Origin: Bacillota bacterium
GTDB taxonomy: Bacteria; Bacillota; Clostridia; Christensenellales; CAG-917
Assembly (NCBI GenBank): GCA_050873585.1
Contig: JBNMJA010000001.1
Location: 1-58,729, forward strand
Length of the DNA stretch: 58,729 nt
Direction: 5' to 3'
How positions within the stretch are numbered: position 1 is the first letter of the stretch; the number at the start of each line of letters is the position of its first letter. Positions 36,566-44,414 of the stretch are shown here, in pieces. The notes below the pieces were generated by a model that saw only the letters and a list, made by a program, of their open reading frames with translations, was not told the DNA's origin and did not search any database. Position numbers and translations under genes: made by a program.

Positions 36566-37381
36566 ATGAAGTGCGACACTCACGTGCATAGCAACAATTC
36601 ACACGACGGAAAGTTGCCGATTTCGCAAATCGTCGAGATAGCCAAGGCTCAAGGTCTTTGCTATCTTGCAACGACAGATCACCTCGATTACGACTTCGAG
36701 TACGGCAAAAATCGTGCGCCCGTGAGTTGGCCCAATCTCAATCTCGAAAAATATTACGAAGCGTGGAAAAGCGCAAAACAGACACTTGACGAGGACAAAA
36801 ACAACACTTTAAACCTCTGTTTCGGCATTGAGGCGAGTTACGATTCGAGCCAAGCGGCAAAGGAAGCGTATCAAAAAACCATTGCAAAATATCCTTTCGA
36901 CGTGGTGATAAACTCGGTGCATTGCGTGGACGGCTACGACGTGTATTTCAAAATGGCGTTCCTTTTCAAAACGAAAAAGAGGGTGTATCGCAGATATCTC
37001 GAAACCATTCTCGAAAGCCTTGACGCACCCTATCCGTACGACATAGTCGCACACATAGGCTACATTGCCCACGGCGCGCCTTATCGCGACAAACTGCTCA
37101 GATACAAGGATTTCCCAAACGAGATCGACGCAATCCTCAAAGGCATCATCGCAAGGGGCAAAACGCTTGAGGTCAACTTCCATCACGAGATGGCGCCGCA
37201 AAGAGATATCATCGAACGATATTTTGAACTCGGCGGACGAAAGATAAGTTACGGCTCGGACGCACACCGCGGCGATATCTGCAAAAACTTCGACGAGGCG
37301 TGCAGAATGCTCAAAGAAATCGGCTTCACGCACTTGAGCACGTTCGTCAAGCACCAAGAAGTCCTCGTTCCAATCGAATAA
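36566..37381 (+). CDS. PHP-domain phosphoesterase (HisJ-family histidinol-phosphatase-like)
   Basis: The N-terminus reads CDTHVHSNNSHDG. Later His/Asp motifs are present (TDHLD, IAHIGY, GSDAH). Confidence 0.8.
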   Translation: MKCDTHVHSNNSHDGKLPISQIVEIAKAQGLCYLATTDHLDYDFEYGKNRAPVSWPNLNLEKYYEAWKSAKQTLDEDKNNTLNLCFGIEASYDSSQAAKEAYQKTIAKYPFDVVINSVHCVDGYDVYFKMAFLFKTKKRVYRRYLETILESLDAPYPYDIVAHIGYIAHGAPYRDKLLRYKDFPNEIDAILKGIIARGKTLEVNFHHEMAPQRDIIERYFELGGRKISYGSDAHRGDICKNFDEACRMLKEIGFTHLSTFVKHQEVLVPIE

Positions 37382-37644
37382 TCCACACACAAAAGACAGT
37401 TTCTATTCGGGAACTGTTTTTTTGTGCAAACTCAACCCAATAAAAACGGACTTTCATTTGTATATACTGTAGAAGGATTTTTTTAGCACGATAACAAAAT
37501 AAAAATAAGATATTCGGCAAGAAAATTGCTTGAATAAATACAAAAATTGAGGAGAAGAACTATGAAGATCAAAAGAATTTTAGTTGTAATGTTATTGCTT
37601 GTGCTTGTATGCACACTCTTCGTTGCTTGTAATGATGACAATGG
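37376..37644 (+). repeat. Direct repeat unit A1 (terminator + promoter/leader + signal-peptide codons) of the subtilase locus
   Basis: It is almost identical by eye to 38865-39135. Both begin GAATAATCCACACAC and end GATGACAATGG. Confidence 0.9.
37394..37423 (+). terminator. Rho-independent terminator after the PHP gene
   Basis: Hairpin GACAGTTTC-TATTCG-GGAACTGT is followed by T7. Confidence 0.8.
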
Positions 37645-38320
37645 CAACAAGGCAGATCCCGTTGCGCGACCGGCAGAGCAACCTGTGGAAAGAAAGCCGA
37701 CAGCAGATCCGAATCCAAACAATCCGTATGATTACGATCAGTATAACACTGATTTCAGTCAGGGAGATTGGAATTTTGACGGAACGGCAATTCTCATTTA
37801 CTTTACAAACACGGAAAGTTTGAACAACTTATTTTATGATTACGTGTTGGATGACTTTGACAAAGAAAAGTTCAGAAGTGTTGAAGATGCCCTACCATTT
37901 AATCTATCGACAATCAGAGAAAAAATTAAAAATGGGATTTTAGACACGGAAATCGAACGCTACAACAGAGAGTTGAGGCTTGAACTTGTCAATCCAAGCA
38001 AAGAAAACGTGTTAAGGTATATTGAAGAATTCAATCAGGACAAAGGGATAAAATGCTCTCAACCGGAGTTATACGGAAGTTGGCATAAAACCACAAGCGA
38101 TCCGGGTATAAATTCCCAACATAATGCTTTTCAACAAATAAGTCTTTATGATGCATGGGATATTACGACGGGTTCTACGAGCATTACGGTCGGACTAGTT
38201 GATTCGGGAATAAACAAAACACATGAGGAATTGATAGGAAATATTTCAAACATAAGTGCATGTTGCTATAGAGAGCAAGATATTCGGCAAGCAAATTGCT
38301 TGAATAAATACAAAAATTGA
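37562..38320 (+). CDS. Truncated subtilase paralog: lipoprotein signal + propeptide-like domain + first ~45 aa of the S8 domain (possible pseudogene)
   Basis: ATG 37562 follows GAGGAG. A lipobox LFVAC is present. The propeptide-like region is homologous to the other two cassettes. The S8 Asp-box VGLVDSGI is present. The frame then runs into the next copy of the shared leader sequence and stops. Confidence 0.6.
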   Translation: MKIKRILVVMLLLVLVCTLFVACNDDNGNKADPVARPAEQPVERKPTADPNPNNPYDYDQYNTDFSQGDWNFDGTAILIYFTNTESLNNLFYDYVLDDFDKEKFRSVEDALPFNLSTIREKIKNGILDTEIERYNRELRLELVNPSKENVLRYIEEFNQDKGIKCSQPELYGSWHKTTSDPGINSQHNAFQQISLYDAWDITTGSTSITVGLVDSGINKTHEELIGNISNISACCYREQDIRQANCLNKYKN

Positions 38321-38448
38321 GGAGAAGAACAATGAAGATCAAAAGAGTTTTAGTTGCAATATTATTGCTTGTGCTTGTATGCACGCTCTTCGTTGCTTGC
38401 AACGATGACAATGGTGTGGAACAGTTAACACGAAAACCTTGGGCTAAA
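38276..38448 (+). repeat. Partial direct repeat (leader + signal peptide + first mature codons)
   Basis: It matches 38996-39170 with few differences. It includes the RBS, MKIKR(V/I)LVA(I/M)LLLVLVCTLFVACNDDNG and EQLTRKPWAK. Confidence 0.88.
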
Positions 38449-38961
38449 CCTGATCTCGATAATAAATACGACGATTCGAAGGCGTACTCAAACGGAGATA
38501 GTATAGATACTTGGGAGTTTCAAGGAGAGTATATCCTAGTTGTGTTGACAAATAGCGAGAGCCTGAACAATTTGTTTTATGATTACGAGGTCGATGATTT
38601 TGGAAAAGATAAGTTTATCAAAATCGAAAACAGACGATCTGAATCATTGGAAAAAATGCGCAATCAAGTCAAAAACGATATTGAATACGATTCACAAGAT
38701 ACAGACACAATCAATCCTAAGGAGTTCACGCGTAGTGTTAAGTTGACATTGAAGTATCCGAGTAGAGAAAATGCTATTACGTACATAAACGCATTGGAAT
38801 CCTTATACTACGTTTTGTATGCTGTCCCGGATTCGGAAATTGGGGGCTCATGGTTTACATCTTTGAATAATCCACACACAGAAGACAGTTTCTGTTCGGG
38901 AACTGTTTTTTTGTGCAAACTCAACCCAATAAAAACGGACTTTCATTTGTATATACTATAG
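38332..38961 (+). CDS. Truncated subtilase paralog: lipoprotein signal + propeptide-like domain only (possible pseudogene or stand-alone propeptide)
   Basis: ATG 38332 follows GAGGAG. The ORF ends after the propeptide-like ...LYYVLYAVPDSEIGGSWF. Its last ~30 codons read through a duplicate of the intergenic sequence found at 37376-37470. Confidence 0.55.
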   Translation: MKIKRVLVAILLLVLVCTLFVACNDDNGVEQLTRKPWAKPDLDNKYDDSKAYSNGDSIDTWEFQGEYILVVLTNSESLNNLFYDYEVDDFGKDKFIKIENRRSESLEKMRNQVKNDIEYDSQDTDTINPKEFTRSVKLTLKYPSRENAITYINALESLYYVLYAVPDSEIGGSWFTSLNNPHTEDSFCSGTVFLCKLNPIKTDFHLYIL

Positions 38962-39135
38962 AAGAATTTTTTTAGCACGATAACAAAATAAAAAAACAAG
39001 ATATTCGGAAAGCAAATTGCTTGAATAAATACAAAAATTGAGGAGAAGAACTATGAAGATCAAAAGAATTTTAGTTGCAATGTTATTGCTTGTGCTTGTA
39101 TGCACGCTCTTCGTTGCTTGCAACGATGACAATGG
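38865..39135 (+). repeat. Direct repeat unit A2 of the subtilase locus
   Basis: See 37376-37644. It includes a second copy of the terminator hairpin and the leader. Confidence 0.9.
38884..38912 (+). terminator. Duplicated rho-independent terminator inside the 3' end of the second cassette ORF
   Basis: Hairpin GACAGTTTC-TGTTCG-GGAACTGT is followed by T7, a copy of 37394-37423. Confidence 0.7.
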
Positions 39136-40894
39136 AGGTGAACAGTTAACACGAAAACCTTGGGCTAAATCAGATCCAAACAACCAGTATGATTTGCTGT
39201 CGGATTCGCAAAGAATCGACTATAGCATAATGGACTTCGATGGAGAATACATTGTTGTCATTTTGACAAACAGCGAATCACTAAACAACTTATTCTATGA
39301 TTACAAAGTAGAAGATTTTGGAGAAAACTGGTTCAAAGAGGCGGAAGTGCTAGATGCTGTAAGCGCAGATAAATTGGCTCGTATTCGTAAGCAAATCAAA
39401 AATTCAATAGCGTATGACTCAAATGATCCGCAAATGATAGATCCCGGCACTTATACGCGCGAAGTGAAGCTATATCTCAAAGAACCGGGAAAAGAAAACG
39501 CCTTGAGATATGGGGCAGAATTACTAAAAAACGATTACGTACGCAATGTTGAGCCGGATACAATCGGCGGCGTATGGTTTGGAACAACAAGTTCCGACCC
39601 GCAAATTGCAGATCAATGGGGCTTGGAAAAAATAAAAGCTTTCGATGCATGGGATATAACAACTGGTTCATCACGAGTAACAGTTGGTCATATCGATTCG
39701 GGAATATCTAGGTCACACGAGGATTTAGCAAGTAATGTGTCAACGACAGGGTATTCTGATGAAAGGGAAAATCCGTTTTCAGACACGGCAAATCATGGAA
39801 CAAGAACAGCTGGTGTTATTGGGGCAGTTGGCAATAACGGGAAAGGCGTAAGCGGTGTATGCTGGAATGTAAATATTGTGTCACTAAAATCTTGTTTTGG
39901 ATCTAGAACAGAGGATGCACAATTGGTAATAAATGCTATCGAGTACGCAAAAAACAATAATATAAAGTTGTTAAATTTTTCGGGAGGATTCTATGAAAGC
40001 GCAGAATTTGATAACAAGTATAAAGAGCCTTTACGCAGTGCTATCCAATCATACAATGGATTAATTGTGGTGGCTGCGGGAAACAGCGGATACAATATTG
40101 TTAACGAGAATGCCTCTGGTATAAAATTATATCCTCAAAGTTTTGAGCTGGATAATGTTTTAGTAGTTGGAGCAACAGATCGTGATGATACTGCGTGGAA
40201 TAATTCTGATGGAGTATCAAATTATGGTAAGTCTGTTGTAGATTTATTTGCACCAGGAGTAGATATCCAGACAACAAGTGCCGCATCTGAAAAAGCATAC
40301 GGTCAAGTAACGGGTACTTCATTGGCAGCGCCATTTGTTACCGGTGTTGCGGCACTTATGTTGTCGATAGAGCCTAATTTGACCGCTGAACAATTGAAAT
40401 CGAGAATTATGTCAACGGTAGATCCTGTGCCTGCGCTGTCAAACCTTTGTGTTTCGGGCGGTAGACTCAATGCCAAGAAAGCGGTTGAGGCTCACGGACA
40501 CAATTTGACCACTTGCACGTACACAAGCAACGGAGTAAGAAGAGGGCATAGCGTCAGTTGCGATTTCTGCAGTTATACCGACACCGAAGTGCACAACTGG
40601 AGTCCTGTGAAAGTTCCGAAGACGGAGATTGTGAAGTATCATATCTGCACCAAATGCTTGGAAAAAACCGAGATTATAGAAATTCCCCATCCGTCATCGT
40701 TGCTTGCGCCAAACGTGCTTGCGTTGATAAATGAGAAAGAGAGCGTGACGAGCGGAGATTTCGATATCGAAATAACCAAAGACGTTGCGATAGTCAAAAA
40801 AGACGGCAAGTATTATCTTATGATTGCTTGTGACGACGACGGCAACCCTGTAGCGGATTTGAGCAGGGTGATCAGAAAAGACGAAGTCATTTGA
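39053..40894 (+). CDS. Subtilisin-like serine protease (peptidase S8) lipoprotein with N-terminal propeptide and Cys/His-rich C-terminal extension
   Basis: ATG 39053 follows GAGGAG. A lipobox LFVAC is present. The propeptide ends LLKNDYVRNVEPD. The catalytic triad motifs are VGHIDSGI (Asp), NHGTRTAGVIGA (His) and GTSLAAPFVTGVAAL (Ser). Confidence 0.9.
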   Translation: MKIKRILVAMLLLVLVCTLFVACNDDNGGEQLTRKPWAKSDPNNQYDLLSDSQRIDYSIMDFDGEYIVVILTNSESLNNLFYDYKVEDFGENWFKEAEVLDAVSADKLARIRKQIKNSIAYDSNDPQMIDPGTYTREVKLYLKEPGKENALRYGAELLKNDYVRNVEPDTIGGVWFGTTSSDPQIADQWGLEKIKAFDAWDITTGSSRVTVGHIDSGISRSHEDLASNVSTTGYSDERENPFSDTANHGTRTAGVIGAVGNNGKGVSGVCWNVNIVSLKSCFGSRTEDAQLVINAIEYAKNNNIKLLNFSGGFYESAEFDNKYKEPLRSAIQSYNGLIVVAAGNSGYNIVNENASGIKLYPQSFELDNVLVVGATDRDDTAWNNSDGVSNYGKSVVDLFAPGVDIQTTSAASEKAYGQVTGTSLAAPFVTGVAALMLSIEPNLTAEQLKSRIMSTVDPVPALSNLCVSGGRLNAKKAVEAHGHNLTTCTYTSNGVRRGHSVSCDFCSYTDTEVHNWSPVKVPKTEIVKYHICTKCLEKTEIIEIPHPSSLLAPNVLALINEKESVTSGDFDIEITKDVAIVKKDGKYYLMIACDDDGNPVADLSRVIRKDEVI

Positions 40895-40907
40895 CGCACC
40901 GTTTAGG

Positions 40908-40945
40908 GCACGCGCGCAAATTGCGCGCGTGCTTTTGCGTTTGTC
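40908..40945 (+). terminator. Rho-independent terminator
   Basis: Hairpin GCACGCGCGCAAATTGCGCGCGTGC is followed by TTTTGCGTTTG. Confidence 0.8.
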
Positions 40946-41158
40946 TTGTCTGCGCACAAGTTTTCCGCAAAGCACGGCGTTTGCGTTCGTATTTGCCAAG
41001 TGTAGACGGAGCCGTATCGACAAAATGCACATATGCAATTAACAAATTGCGCATAATAGATAAGCAATTTCTTTGCGCACGATTGACTAATTATCAATCT
41101 TAGTTTATATTATATAGACGGCAAAGTTCGTTTTCGGCTTTGCAAATGAGGTGTATTT

Positions 41159-41989
41159 ATGAAAAAGAATCTCGAAAAAATATTTGCTTCTTGCTCGATA
41201 GTCGTGGCAATCATTCTCATTATGGTGCTTGTCGTGACGGCGTTCGGCGGCATTGACGCAACCGAATTTGACAGCAAACTCGTCAGAGGACTGATCATTA
41301 CGCTCGCAATACTTTATCTCGTTCTTTCGATCATCACTCTAGTGCTTATCTTCGTCAACAGCGACGTCGTCAAAGACATTACGCTCCGCGTGGAAAAGGG
41401 CGGCAGTGTGAGAGTGACCTCGCAAGTCGTCACCAAGTTCGTCAAGAGCACTTGCAAACAGATCGAGGGCGTAAAGTGCCAAAAGGTCGCGCTTGTCAGC
41501 GACGAATACGGCGTTCGCCTCAAAGTCAACGTCAAGGTTGTGGACAAGGACGTTCTGGAATCGGAAATGTATTTGCGCACTTTGCTCGAGGACGTGTTCC
41601 TCGGAGAATTCGGCTTCAAGTTCAGCTCGATAGAAATCAAAGTTATGGCACTCACGCCCAAGTATAAAGCGGATCAGGCGGACGTTCAGGCAAAGGTTGA
41701 AAAGAAGCTCGCCGAAATGAAAGACAAAGAGGAAAAAGCGGAACAAGAGATTCAACCCGAAGAAGGCGAGCAACAAGCCGAAGAAGTTGAGCTCGAGCAA
41801 GTCCAATCCGAACAAGCAGAGGGCGAAGAGACGGCGGAAGAAGCGCAAGACGCACAACCCGAAGAGGGCGAGGCCGTTGAGGAATCCGAAACTACGGAGG
41901 ACGCTCAACTCGAAGAAGAATCCGAGCAAGCGCACGAGGCTGAAGCCGCTCAGGAAACCGATGCGGAAACCGACGAAAAGGCGGACTAA
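41159..41989 (+). CDS. Asp23/Gls24-like membrane-anchored stress protein with Glu/Gln/Ala-rich tail
   Basis: RBS GAGGTG is present. Two N-terminal TM segments are followed by a core, VRVTSQVVTKFVKSTCKQIEGVKCQKVALV...VRLKVNVKV, that resembles Asp23-family topology. The C-terminal ~90 aa are low-complexity E/Q/A. Confidence 0.6.
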   Translation: MKKNLEKIFASCSIVVAIILIMVLVVTAFGGIDATEFDSKLVRGLIITLAILYLVLSIITLVLIFVNSDVVKDITLRVEKGGSVRVTSQVVTKFVKSTCKQIEGVKCQKVALVSDEYGVRLKVNVKVVDKDVLESEMYLRTLLEDVFLGEFGFKFSSIEIKVMALTPKYKADQADVQAKVEKKLAEMKDKEEKAEQEIQPEEGEQQAEEVELEQVQSEQAEGEETAEEAQDAQPEEGEAVEESETTEDAQLEEESEQAHEAEAAQETDAETDEKAD

Positions 41990-42035
41990 TCAAAAACCGA
42001 ATAACGTATGACGCCCACGGCGTCAGGAGGAAATA

Positions 42036-42512
42036 ATGAAAGAAGTTTATCTTACCCAGGAAGGTCTCGAGGAGCTTAAGCAAAGACTTGACTATCTCAT
42101 CGTTTATTTGCGTGAAGACGTTGCAAAGAAGTTGCAACACGCAAGAGAACTCGGCGACTTGTCCGAAAACGCGGAATACGACGCCGCAAAACAAGAGGAA
42201 AGCCAAGTTGCGTCCGAGATCAAGGATCTTGAAGAGCGCATCAAAAACGCCGTTATCATTGAAAAGAGCGGCACTCACAAAGTGTCCATCGGCAACACGA
42301 TCACCGTCGAATATCTCGGAGAACTCGACGATGAAGAAGATCGCGTTATGACGGTTCAACTCGTCGGTGAAACCGAAGCGGATTTCGCAAAAGGCAAAAT
42401 CAGCAACGAATCGCTTTTGGGCAAGGCTCTCGTCGGCAAAAAAACGGGCGACGTAGTCAGATTTTCAACTGCGCACGGCGACGAAGAGTACAAAGTCATC
42501 GGCATCAAATAA
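42036..42512 (+). CDS. greA: Transcription elongation factor GreA
   Basis: 158 aa containing LTQEGLEELKQRL...ARELGDLSENAEYDAAKQEE. RBS AGGAGG is present. Confidence 0.93.
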   Translation: MKEVYLTQEGLEELKQRLDYLIVYLREDVAKKLQHARELGDLSENAEYDAAKQEESQVASEIKDLEERIKNAVIIEKSGTHKVSIGNTITVEYLGELDDEEDRVMTVQLVGETEADFAKGKISNESLLGKALVGKKTGDVVRFSTAHGDEEYKVIGIK

Positions 42513-42584
42513 CAACCAGCGTCAAATCGCACTTGCGCCTGTCGTTTTTCGGCAAGCGTATTGCTTTTTATAGAGAGAAATACA

Positions 42585-44087
42585 ATGAGTGAAGAAATCC
42601 GCAACAATGCTCCCGAACAGGAAAAAGAAGTAGACGTCAACGAGGTGCGCAAGGTCAGAATCGCAAAACTCGACGAACTTGTTCAAAAGGGCGAAAATCC
42701 TTTTGAAATCACCTCTTACGAACGCACTGCCACGGCAGGACAGATTCTTGCAAACTACGACGAATTCGAGGGCAAAGAAGTCAGCATCGCGGGCAGACTT
42801 ATGTCCAAGCGTATTATGGGCAAGGCAAGTTTCGGTCACCTTATGGACAACGACGGAAGAATGCAGGGCTATTTCAGCCGTGACGATATGGGTGTTGACG
42901 AATATCAGGCGTTCAAAAAACTCGACGTCGGCGACATAATCGGCATCAAAGGCTTCGTTTTCAAAACCAAAACCGGCGAAATCTCGATCCACGTCAAGAG
43001 CGCGACCTTGCTTTCTAAATCCTTGCTGCCGCTTCCCGAAAAATTTCACGGACTCCGCGATCCCGAACTGCGTTTCCGTCAACGATACGTTGACCTTATC
43101 GCAAATCCCGAAGTCAAAGACGTGTTTATCAAGCGCAGCAAAATCATTTCCACGATACGCGAAGTGCTAGACAAAAAAGGATTTATCGAGGTTGAAACCC
43201 CCGTCCTCAACACGCTTGCAGGCGGCGCGAACGCACGTCCGTTCATCACGCACCACAACACCCTCGATATCGATATGTATATGCGAATCGCAACCGAGTT
43301 GCACCTCAAACGTTGCATCGTCGGCGGATTTGAAAAAGTTTACGAAATCGGTCGTCAGTTCCGCAACGAGGGTATGGACACCAAGCACAATCCCGAGTTC
43401 ACCACGATCGAACTTTATCAGGCGTATGTGGATTACAACGAGATGATGCGCATCACCGAGGAACTTTACACCACGGCGGCAGAGCGCGTATGCGGCGGTT
43501 TGGATATCGTCTATCAAGGCACGCCTCTTTCTCTCAAAACTCCGTGGGAACGTCTTACGATGGTTGAAGCGGTGAAGAAGTACACGGGGCTTGATTTTGA
43601 CAATCAACCTCTTGCCGATCTCATCGCGGCAGGCAACGAGATGGGGCTCGAAATGGCGGCAGACACCTCTTGGGGACACGCCCTTTACAATATTTTCGAC
43701 GCTTTTGTCGAAGAAAAACTCACGGGCCCGGTGTTCATCACCGATTATCCCGTCGAGGTCAGTCCTCTTGCCAAAAAGAAACCCTCCGATCCGCGCCTTA
43801 CCGAAAGATTTGAGTTCTTCATCTGCGCCAGCGAGGGTGGCAACGCTTTCAGCGAACTCAACGATCCTCTCGATCAACGCTCTCGTTTCGAGCAGCAGAT
43901 GCTTGCCAAAGCCAAAGGCGACGAAGAAGCCCAACCCTACGACGAGGATTTCTGCACCGCACTCGAATACGGTATGCCGCCCACAGGCGGACTCGGCATC
44001 GGCATCGACCGAATGGTGATGTTCCTCACGGATTCGGCGTCGATACGTGACGTGCTTTTGTTCCCCACCATGAAACCTCTCAAATGA
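42585..44087 (+). CDS. lysS: Lysyl-tRNA synthetase (class II)
   Basis: An OB anticodon-binding domain (VSIAGRLMSKRIMGKASFGHL) is present, followed by RQRYVDLI, FIEVETPVL, YEIGRQFRNEG and GLGIGIDRMVMFLT. The start is ATG 42585; the ORF track opens at TTG 42561. Confidence 0.93.
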   Translation: MSEEIRNNAPEQEKEVDVNEVRKVRIAKLDELVQKGENPFEITSYERTATAGQILANYDEFEGKEVSIAGRLMSKRIMGKASFGHLMDNDGRMQGYFSRDDMGVDEYQAFKKLDVGDIIGIKGFVFKTKTGEISIHVKSATLLSKSLLPLPEKFHGLRDPELRFRQRYVDLIANPEVKDVFIKRSKIISTIREVLDKKGFIEVETPVLNTLAGGANARPFITHHNTLDIDMYMRIATELHLKRCIVGGFEKVYEIGRQFRNEGMDTKHNPEFTTIELYQAYVDYNEMMRITEELYTTAAERVCGGLDIVYQGTPLSLKTPWERLTMVEAVKKYTGLDFDNQPLADLIAAGNEMGLEMAADTSWGHALYNIFDAFVEEKLTGPVFITDYPVEVSPLAKKKPSDPRLTERFEFFICASEGGNAFSELNDPLDQRSRFEQQMLAKAKGDEEAQPYDEDFCTALEYGMPPTGGLGIGIDRMVMFLTDSASIRDVLLFPTMKPLK

Positions 44088-44194
44088 GCCATTGAGCGAA
44101 TAACTGCGGCAGAGCCTCGCACTCAAACAGTCACGTACGACAAGTACGCTTCTGTCTGCTTGCGAGGCTCTTTCTTGTTCTTCATCTCAATGGA
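44088..44194 (+). repeat. Complete palindromic element (apex variant A) abutting the lysS stop codon
   Basis: The outer stem is CCATTGAG/CTCAATGG and the inner stem is AGAGCCTCGCA/TGCGAGGCTCT. The loops are CGAATAACTGCGGC and TTCTTGTTCTTCATC. The apex is CACGTACGACAAGTACGC. Confidence 0.9.
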
Positions 44195-44414
44195 CTCATT
44201 TGAGCAAAAAAAGACTTTTTCGTGCACACATCTCAATCATCACTTGAGAAACACTACAAAATTTCAACAAATCATTTTAACAGACTCATCTAATACAAAA
44301 CATTTTCATTTTCTAAAAACTACAGCGAGTTCGCAGTTTTTCTTTATATATTTTTAAGTTGAAAATCATTTTATCTATGTTATAATTTATCCATAAATAT
44401 ATACGAGGTGCACG

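Noticed and set aside
37376-37560. Invertible promoter (inverton) controlling the subtilase cassettes.
   Set aside because: The repeated modules are all direct repeats. No inverted repeats flank the promoter region, and no recombinase gene is nearby.
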